Made by a program: the position numbers and the translations under genes. This document shows, in pieces, positions 54,857 through 64,000 of a stretch of 64,000 bases of DNA. Under the pieces are notes generated by a model. It did no database searches and was not told the origin of the DNA. It was given only the letters and a program-made list of their open reading frames with translations. Source of the DNA: Geosiphon pyriformis uo1. Taxonomy: Eukaryota > Fungi > Glomeromycota. The stretch is from assembly GCA_016748015.1 (NCBI GenBank), contig JAAOMT010000040.1:682001-746000 (forward strand), read 5' to 3'. Position 1 is the first letter of the stretch. Each line of letters opens with the position of its first letter.

Positions 54857-54871
54857 TAGATAGATAGATAA

Positions 54872-54913
<42 letters not shown>
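54857..54913. repeat. (TAGA)n microsatellite
   Basis: About 14 units read directly, with one variant unit. Confidence 0.95.
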
Positions 54914-55611
54914 CCTTTTCCAATTTTGAAATTCATAAATCGGGATCATTTTTTAATAAAGAAGTGGAATATTGTGTTATTAGATGTCATTTCTTAAAAC
55001 TTGTAAATTTTAAAAATTCCTTCAAATAATCTATAATTATATATTCACCATAAATAATTTGACAGACGTTGAACAGTTACTGAAAGTCTAAGAGTGGCTG
55101 AGATATATAAAAATTAATCAGAGGCGTGAAAAAATTCATAAAGAAATATTGGTGAAACTTTTTAATTCATTTTAGATTTTGAAATTTAACCATTATCCAA
55201 GGAAACAGACCATTTTTAAGACTGTTAAAAAAATTTTCGTCTGATAAAATTTACTTATGAAATTTATTAATTAATATTTTTTTCTTTGGTTACAAGTTTT
55301 AAAGTAGAAAAAAATCCTAATTCACTTATTAAATTGATTTACAAACTCAACCACTAAATTTGAAAGTAGGCTTCCTGAACAATTTTATCACACACCTATC
55401 ATATTATTAGACATTGATGAAGTACTATATAGATTAAGCCTTCTGCTAGAAAATATGTTGCATCTTTTTGAATTTCTTCATTTTTCACGATTTTTAAATT
55501 ATTTCTTTTAAAAAAAAAATAAATGCTCACAAAAACTTTAGCAGACTTTGCTTCAGTACAGTATAGTAAATTTAAAATTGATCATTTTAATCAAACATGT
55601 GTTATATGATG

Positions 55612-55648
<37 letters not shown>
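55612..55648. repeat. (AAT)n microsatellite
   Basis: Read directly. Confidence 0.95.
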
Positions 55649-55649
<1 letters not shown>

Positions 55650-55971
55650 TGATCATTCTATTTTAACCAATGAATTAATTTATATAAAATATATGTCATT
55701 AGTATTCCATTTTTCTCAATAAGCGAAAAATATTACATCATTTATTTCTGAGTTTACCTAAAAGAGTTAATGGAGCTAAAAGCACTAAAATAATAACAGT
55801 TTATTTAGTAAAAATGTGATGAATTTAATGATGATAATTTATTATGAGGATGTGTATCATCTGCCAGAAATATAATCAGAATTGTTTCAACTGTACGCGC
55901 AATCTTACCTTTGAACCCCCTGCTTGCTAAGAAAATGCTTGAAAATTTTAACGTCTTTCTCAATTTTTAAA

Positions 55972-56661
55972 ATGTTATCTACCACAAATTTTTATCACCT
56001 TGACCCTAAAGAATCTGAATATATTATAGTTCAAAAAAAATTTAAACAAACTCTTCCATCCATTCAAATTTATGGTATTCTAAAATTGCAAATGCCAAAA
56101 TATTTAGTCGAGAGGCACGAAACATACAAGCGTGAAACCGTTGGATCTTTACATCAAATGTTTCATGGTACTTCATTACTATGTGATCCTCAAAAGATTT
56201 TGCGACAACAAGAACTCTGTTCTAATTCTAGTTGTGGAACATGTGGAATTGTAAGATACGGGAATCTCCTTTCAAAGTTGAGACCAAATAGTCCAGGTAG
56301 CTAATAATTTTATTTTTCAAATTATTCAATTCATAACGGTGGAGGAAAACAATAAGAATCTTAAAATTTTTATAGATAGTTATTTATGGTTTGCCGAACA
56401 CGCCTCAATTTCACTCGATTATTGCAAAGGCCCATCTCTACGGAAATCCTCAGATTTAAAAGCCATGTTTTTAACTGATGTCCTCGTATTGAATTGGTTT
56501 TCTGGACTTATTAACGGGAGGACTACTTTTATCAATAACGAATCTGTATGTGATTTCGAAACTGCTTTTTAATCTTTTTTGTTTTTTGTTCAGAGAGCTC
56601 ATATTTCTCTTATAAATTATAGGCACATTTGCCTCGTTTTTTGGTTATTTTCAAAACCTGA
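55972..56661 (+). CDS. Stand-alone PARP-like ADP-ribosyltransferase-fold protein (~177 aa); exons 55972-56296, 56376-56545, 56623-56661
   Basis: LDPKESEYIIVQKKF, MFHGT, CSNSSCGTCGIVRYG, LWFAEHASISLDY, KAMFLTDVL, terminal HLPRFLVIF; introns GT-AG and in frame. Confidence 0.82.
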
Positions 56662-57351
56662 AAAGTCTTTGCCCTGTCTAGGTTACTTTTGGACGGGGAC
56701 TCAGTAAATGACGAGGAGTTTATTGCTACACAAAATCTTTTCAAGCAGATATTGGCAAAGTTTGATTAAATTTTTTCCAGGAAAAATAAATGGTTCTTGG
56801 AGCTCAATTTTATAATAAGTATTTGTATTATTTTCAAAAAAAAAATTTCATCGAGTTGAACAAAATATTTTATCTAAATTGGAAAATTTGCATATTGTAT
56901 CGTGACCATTTTCAAAAACTTTATGATTTATGCACTAATTTATCGATTCGAATAATTGCTTAGTAGAAATAACTGGATATGGATTTTAAATGTTGCTTTA
57001 TGAAATTTAAAATTTGATTTAAATGGGGGGGAGGAATTTTTTTTTGCTAAATGTACAAAAGATGTTTAATGGTTAACCAGTCGTTTTTATTATTATGAAG
57101 AGTTTTTCAATTGACCGAGAAGGCCATTTTGGCTCGTAGATAATTCAAAAAGAAACTTGAAAATTTAAAAAAGCAATCATTTTATGTAATTATTATTTGT
57201 TTTTCTCAAGAATATTACTAATTTGTTTCTTTTTTTTTTAAGTATAAAAAAAAATTGGAAATATTTGTTATATTATTAAAATTTAATTTAATTAAACAAA
57301 ATTGATACAAAGTTATAAAACTGCAAAATAAATATTTATTCTGATTAATCT

Positions 57352-57367
57352 AATGATGATGATAATG

Positions 57368-57420
<53 letters not shown>
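57352..57420. repeat. (GAT/AAT)n microsatellite
   Basis: Read directly. Confidence 0.95.
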
Positions 57421-57745
57421 TTCTAAATTCTAAATTATTTTATATATTATTTAATAAAATTATAAAATATTAAATGAAGTTGTTTTTTTTTGAATCTTTA
57501 TTTTAAATTAATACCAAAAATTTACTTTAATTATTTTATCACAATATTTTTCTTATTAAATAACAATTTCTTATTCAAAAATCCTTTTTATTCTAATCCC
57601 TAAAAATTTCATTTCTCTTCTTTATTCATTAAAAGACAATAAATTTTAAAAATATATTTTTATATTCCAATTTTATTTTGGAGATTTATCTCAATAATGT
57701 TATTTTTATGATTTGATAATGTATAACTAAAAATATTTTATTTGT

Positions 57746-59390
57746 TTAGTCCTCCTTTTCTTCTAAAGCAGGACAAATCATCATGTAACTGAAATAAGGC
57801 CCAAAATGTGTTAATTCAGCTTCCCCTCTAACATTTGTAATTAATGAACTACATTCCTAAAAAACAATGAGAATGCGTGATTAATAGTTGAATCAAGAAA
57901 AACTTGAATCAGGGAATTTGATTTAATTGATACCTCTGACTCATCCCGATACCCATTTTCCTTGTCACCAATCCATTGACCGTGGCACTCAAATACGTCC
58001 ATGGTGTAGCAATCACATGAAGGAGATATCCAATATTCAGTTTCATGATGCAAATAGCCCGTTTCACCTGTCCTTGCTGGGAATTGTGGCACATAGTCAT
58101 CGTGATTTGTTATTCTATATATGACAAGTGATTGTTTCTTTAAATATTTGGCAAAGGTTCGGTCACCCATACGTGGAGCCCCGTATGTATAAACTGATAT
58201 ATTTTCCTTGGATAACTTTTCATATTCTTTAAGTTTAAGCGCCGCAAGTACCGCCCAAACTAATGAAATTATTAAGAAATCTCAAATTTAGAATGTGATT
58301 TTAAAAACCAACATGAAAAAATTAACTCACCTCCAGCCGATCCATGCCCTACAACACTTATTTTGTTTGATTGCTTGACAAAAGCCCTCATTTTATCATA
58401 AATCTTTATCCAAACATTGATAAAATCAATATAGAACTTTGCATCAACCTTGCCAAACTCTTCATTATTATTGAGATAGGCATAGGAATTTTCTCTTTGA
58501 GACCATTCCCATTTCGTCATAAACTTTGCTTGAAAATAAAGGATCATTTCTGATTGAATTGTAGTTACTTGTGCTAGAATTTTTTTTAAAATATAATGAA
58601 TAGTGCAAAAAGTATATACCGAAATACAGAATTTATTCTAGACTTTACCATATACAGGACCTCCATAAATTCCATCGGTCAATTTGTCCTCAGGTAAATG
58701 TAGACAGTAAGCTTTTTGAGCAAAATATGCGTATCGTTTAAAAGCTTCTAGTAATTTGTTATTTGTTACCATCAATGAATAACCAGAAGATAGTAATGGT
58801 TTTGATGATTTTCTGCTTTCACTCAAAATCTGAGGCATTTTATGAGTAAATTTTTGGCTTATTTTTCTTTTTAAATTTATGCTAGGGTTGTCACTTGAGT
58901 TTATCCAATTAATTTTTGAACGAGTCCCTTGTCTGTAACTATATGTGAATTTGATAGGAACTTGAAAATGATGACTTGATGGATTTTTTCGAGTATTTTT
59001 TAGATTTTGGCTGCATTTTAAGGGTACTACTTTGAGCAAGTTAGTCTTTTTTGGATTAATGAAGATGGTAGAATTTAAAAAATTGCATAGAGAACTCAAG
59101 TTTTCATTATTAAGAATAGCTTTTCCCAAAAAATTTTTAAAATTTCTAAGAGTCAAGGGAAAAGTAGTTGTATTAATTTGTTCGTGGCTAGCTGTGTGAA
59201 AATTTTCTTTTTGATCTTTCCCGTTATCACGTCGGAATAAATGTTGTTGAACACCGAGAGGAATTTGTTTTGCCATCATATGTGCTACAATTACTGCCAT
59301 CCACGAGATTAATAAAAATTTCTTGAGATGATTAATCGAAAAATGAAGCCTTGATTTCCTGAAAGAAATTCTAAAAGAATATTGACACAT
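57746..59390 (-). CDS. Lipase class 3 fold protein 2 (GHGSAG); exons 59390-58649, 58573-58331, 58259-57934, 57856-57746
   Basis: YAYFAQKAYC, VVGHGSAGVWAVLAAL, YTYGAPRMGD, RITNHDDYVPQFP, YLHHETEYWI, THFGPYFS; intron positions and phases match gene 1; start codon uncertain. Confidence 0.9.
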
Positions 59391-62300
59391 TAGTAAATTT
59401 TTATTTGGCTATTCCAAAGATGCGTAATTTGGCACAATCTTTTCGATATTTGATTAAACCTTGGAACAAATTTCTAAATGTCACCATACCTTGCTACTAG
59501 TGAAACGTTTGTCCGCGAGTGTAAAGATATGAGGATAATCTATTTTAACTGGTTTTTTCAACCATTTTTTCATGGAGCCAAGTAAATAAAGGATAAAACT
59601 TTTAAGTTTTAAACAACAAAAAATTATGATCATCGATAATGTGATGGTTGTTATCAAGAATATATTTCAATCTTTTATTTGAATAAAAATCCTCCAGCCC
59701 TTTATAATTCAATTTAACCTATCCTTTTTGAATGTGAAGTTCCATGATATTTATTTAGTTTGAGAGATAAGAAAGAAGTATATTTTACTTAACATAATTT
59801 TTTCAACTAAAAGAATATCAGATATCCTTTGAACAAAGAGAATTAAATATTTTGTCGATTGAGTAGATGGAGTATTTTTTTGAAATTTTAAAAATCATCA
59901 AATCTCAAGGAATTAAAAAGTTATGGCTTAACCACTAATATGAAATGATTGGATTAAAAAAGAAAAAGCTATCAAAACCAAAGTCTTGAACAAATTCTTT
60001 TTGTATTGATTGCACAATCCAAAACATTATCTCTAAAAAAAAAAAAAATTTAGGGCCAGAAATCTATTTGATTAAATTGTCAAGTTCAAATTTTTTTATT
60101 TTAATAATTTTATTTATCTTATCATCAAGAGTAGTTATTTTTAGTAAAAAAATTGTTCATCTGATTGATTGACTCTTTTCAATAAATATATTATGAACTT
60201 TAAAATTATATAAAAACATGATTGAAATCAAAATTAAAAAATTTTTTTTTCCATCTAAAGTGTAAATTTTTATTACTTTTGTTATCAAAATCTAAAATTC
60301 AACAAATTATTGTGATTCTTAAACTTGATTTTTTGAAGATTGATTTTTATTATTATTATTATTACTTATTTCATTATATTCAGAACTTTATATATTTTCA
60401 ATTCAATTTTCTTGTGATCAACTCATCTTGTTTACAATGTTATCCATAACTTTGTTCCAAATAAATGAAAATACCATCAATTTGATATTATTTCTATACC
60501 AACTATATTACTGTTAAAAATCTAATTCATTGGCAAAGATTTCTAAAATAAATATTCTACTTAACTTATTCCTTCCAAATTACGAAATTTGAATTAGAAT
60601 TTGAGCTTCTGTATTTAATTGTCAGTTATATCTTCAGAAATTTTATATTAACAAAAATTTTCAATTTTCTAAAAAATTTGAATAAATAGCACGTTGTCGA
60701 AATTAGCACGAACGACACCGTATTAAGTATGTAATCCTGCTCATTTTTCAGTATTTTTTTGGGACGAGTAATATTTTATTCTAGAAATCAAACGAGACTC
60801 TTTTTTCAATTTTTACGTCGATTAAATGTGAATATATTCAACTGTTTCTCTATTACGCAAGTTCCTAATTAACGCTTACTGTTAAACAGACGTAAGAGTA
60901 ATGATAGTTACTATTTAAAAAAAGGTTTGATAAATTATATCTGGTGTTTTAGATATCTTTCTCAGATGTTCACACATTTTCCAAAAAAAACCACTTTCAA
61001 GAATAATCTAAATCCCAATGAGAGATTGACAAATTTTGAAGTTTACTTATCATGTAAATAAGGCTCCCTTAAAGATGAAATATTTTGTAAAATTTGAATT
61101 CCTCAAAGTAGTCCCCTTTGGCAACATTATTTAAGCTAAATTTATTTAGTCAAGGCTAAAATAGATAGCTTTACAAATTTCATTATACTTATATTAAAGC
61201 ACTTAATTTTTGAAAGAAAAATTCAAATATTAGAATTAAACAAGTGTTGAAAAATTTTTAAGAAAATTGTCAAGATATGAAAACCTCTTGAATTTTCTAT
61301 TTTAAATTCTCAATTGGAAAAGGAAAATATAAATGTTTTGGAATAAAATAAAGCTGAATATGATATTTGAAGAAAATAGTGAAACAAGTTTGTAATAAAA
61401 TTCCATATGTTTAACTACCTGATTAAAAAAATTTCTCAAGGTATTATTGTCATCAAATAAGTAATAAACGGGTAATGCAAAATGTTCTTATTTATTTATT
61501 GTTTATATATGCATTCCTAAAAATTGCACGATTTTTTCTAAAAAAAGAAAATTTACTTTTTGAACAAAGAGTTACTTTAACATGATCAGGAAATAAAAAG
61601 TTTTGAATGATTTGGTGTAATTGCACATCGTTTGGGATATATGATGATATTGATTATCTTTTGTATCGTAAACTTGAATTATTTTATATATAAGGGGATT
61701 TTTCGAAATTTGAATTCGAACTTAATCACGGGACATTGGATATCCTTTTTAGTAAAGTTCAATGGAAAATCTATGTTTATATATATATATTTTTTACGGA
61801 ATATCTCTAAAATCAACAAAGCAATAACTAAAAAACAAATTGGATTTTTATTCATAAAGGGGACTGTGTAGGGCTTTTCCATTTTAGGAATTAACAGGTT
61901 TAAATTCTTTATTTTCTGCTTAATTTGCTTTCTTCTTTTAATTGATTTGTTGTCAAGCATATCATTTTGATTCATTTACAAAAAAGTTACATCTGTTATT
62001 CTCTTTTAAAATGTATAAAGAGATTAAGTTTAATACATAATATTTGACCATTATCTTTTAATGGAACGTGTCTAAATCAAAATTTTTTTTTGCTATTTAT
62101 TAAAACTTTTGATTTCTGTTCACTGATTTTTCAAGATAACCTGGATGTAGAGAAAAGTTCTCAAACATTTGATGTGGATCAATTTAGTGAAATTTGTATC
62201 TAGTAATAAATCCTAAAATCTTGTAAAAATATGCATTTGACACGAGTTTGGATTGGTAAATTGAAAAAGATCAAAAATTTTCTTGTCGTAAAAGTTAATC

Positions 62301-62677
62301 GATTAAAAATCAAAGATTTTAGAAAATATCGATGCTAACTTAGTTTCTTTCTGCATGCCTTGACTCAAAAATTGATTTTAACTATTTTTCAATTTAAAAT
62401 TGAAAGAACAACTACTGATGCTAGAATCTTCTTCTATGATTTTTTTTTTAATAATCACAAAATTTCTTTCTCTTTTCGTTGGGCCAACTTGATTAATCTA
62501 ACCCATTGCTATATATAGAAAAAGATCATAACATCTTTTATTATTCAACTCAAAAACACTTTTTAAGCATTCTATAATGATCAACTTCTATAAATTTAAT
62601 GCTGTTAATTTTAGAGAAAAACTTTTCACTGATCGCGCGATTAATGAAGGATATCAAATTGACAAAGTCATTTTCAT

Positions 62678-63932
62678 TCATAATTTCTTATAATCTTTAA
62701 ATATAACGCTTTTTGGGGAAGTAGCCTTTTCGACGTTTGCCATTGTATCATCCGGACAGAGACTCATATCATACCCAAAATAAGGACCATTATGAGGATT
62801 AGAAATGTAGCCGTTTGAAATTTGTGCACCACCATTGCATTCCTTTTAAAACAAAATTTTTTAAGAATTCATATATTAACTAATTAAATGGCAAAAAAAT
62901 GAATAAAATATAAATTTTTGATACCGTATTTTCAAAATTCGTTTCTGTGCTGGAACATCGATAAACCTCGAAAGTCTGATTTTGACAATCACAATTTTGC
63001 TCGCGAGTGATCCAATATTCTGTTCCAAGATGTTTGAATAATTTTTGACCATTCTCATCTGACAAAGGAAAATGTGGAACATAATCATTTGCATTGGTAA
63101 CCCGAAAAATTGGATATATTTTCTCATTTGCATGTTTTGCAAAATTTAGATCCCCAATCCTAGGCTGTCCAAATGTGTATACTTGAATGTCATTATCTGG
63201 AAATCTTCTTCTTAATGTCAAAGCTAAAAGAACGGCATGTGCTAAAAAATAATAAAAAGTATAGAAATTGGGTAAAAATTTAATTAAATGAAAACGATTG
63301 GATAGGAATAAATTTTTTTAATCATAATATTTATGTGATCATTTACCTCCACCTAAACCATGACCCACTAATCGATATTTATAATTTTTTGTCTCCTTTG
63401 TATGTCCTTCAAGCTGATTTAAAATTTTAGTTGCACCTTCAGTTGATTCTAGTAACAAATGACGAGAAATCATTCCTGACTCAAAAAAAGGGTAATGAAC
63501 AAGGGGTGGTCGTTTTTTGCTCCATTGACGCTGATTTTGTCGTTCAGCATTAGATCTAAGAGAGATTATAATTTCTCCATGATCATTGCTTGTATAAATT
63601 TTGGCTGAGTAAGTTATCAAGAATAGAGAAAAGAAGAAATTGTTTTAAAAAAATGCCAGTGAATATATTTTGAAAACAAAAAATTATTTAAAAATTTCAA
63701 AAAAGTGAAGCTTACCGAATATTTTTTTTTGAATTAAATCCTCTTCATCGACGAGACAGTAAGCTTTATTAGCATAATATGCATATTTTTTTAAGTTGTT
63801 CAAGATTTTTTCATCGATAACACGTTCTTTTGAAGCGTTAGAAGATCGTTTTTCATCCACTTTTCGTTTTTCAATCCTTGGAGATTTTATTATTGGAAAA
63901 TTTTGGGAATTATGATAATCAAGAAATTTGAA

Positions 63933-63968
<36 letters not shown>

Positions 63969-64000
63969 GGCGCTGGATTTTTTGATTTCTCGTGACAATT
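62678..64000 (-). CDS. Lipase class 3 fold protein 3 (GHGLGG), 5' end beyond the window; exons >64000-63716, 63604-63347, 63241-62925, 62842-62678
   Basis: YAYYANKAYC, LVGHGLGGAHAVLLAL, YTFGQPRIGD, RVTNANDYVPHFP, FKHLGTEYWI, PHNGPYFG; poly-Asn from (AAT)n at 63933-63968. Confidence 0.9.

Overview
AT-rich, intron-containing fungal genomic DNA. The gene and repeat families look like Glomeromycotina, resembling Geosiphon; this is an inference from family recognition, not a search. Genes from left to right: a small secreted repeat protein, a jacalin-like lectin, lipase-class-3-fold gene 1, an F-box/LRR gene, CFT1 (CPSF160/CPSF1) and a type I membrane protein. A ~25 kb nested transposon graveyard follows at 24.2-49.0 kb, containing an old and a younger copy of related RNase H-bearing non-LTR retrotransposons in opposite orientations, a Ty3/gypsy-like relic, two complete Tc1 DD34E elements with TIRs and TA duplications, a third Tc1 fragment and LTR-like direct repeats. 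After it come an ACS-family MFS transporter, a stand-alone PARP-like ADP-ribosyltransferase-fold gene and two more lipase-fold genes. The best candidate for an undescribed system is the three lipase-fold genes. All three are cleanly spliced, with no disruption visible in the part inside the window, and keep the catalytic Asp and His motifs. All three have Gly in place of the nucleophile Ser (GHG rather than GHS), suggesting a maintained family of secreted pseudo-lipases. The transposons also record a graded, transition-dominated C>T/G>A erosion that is not limited to CpG. Exon boundaries were read by eye.
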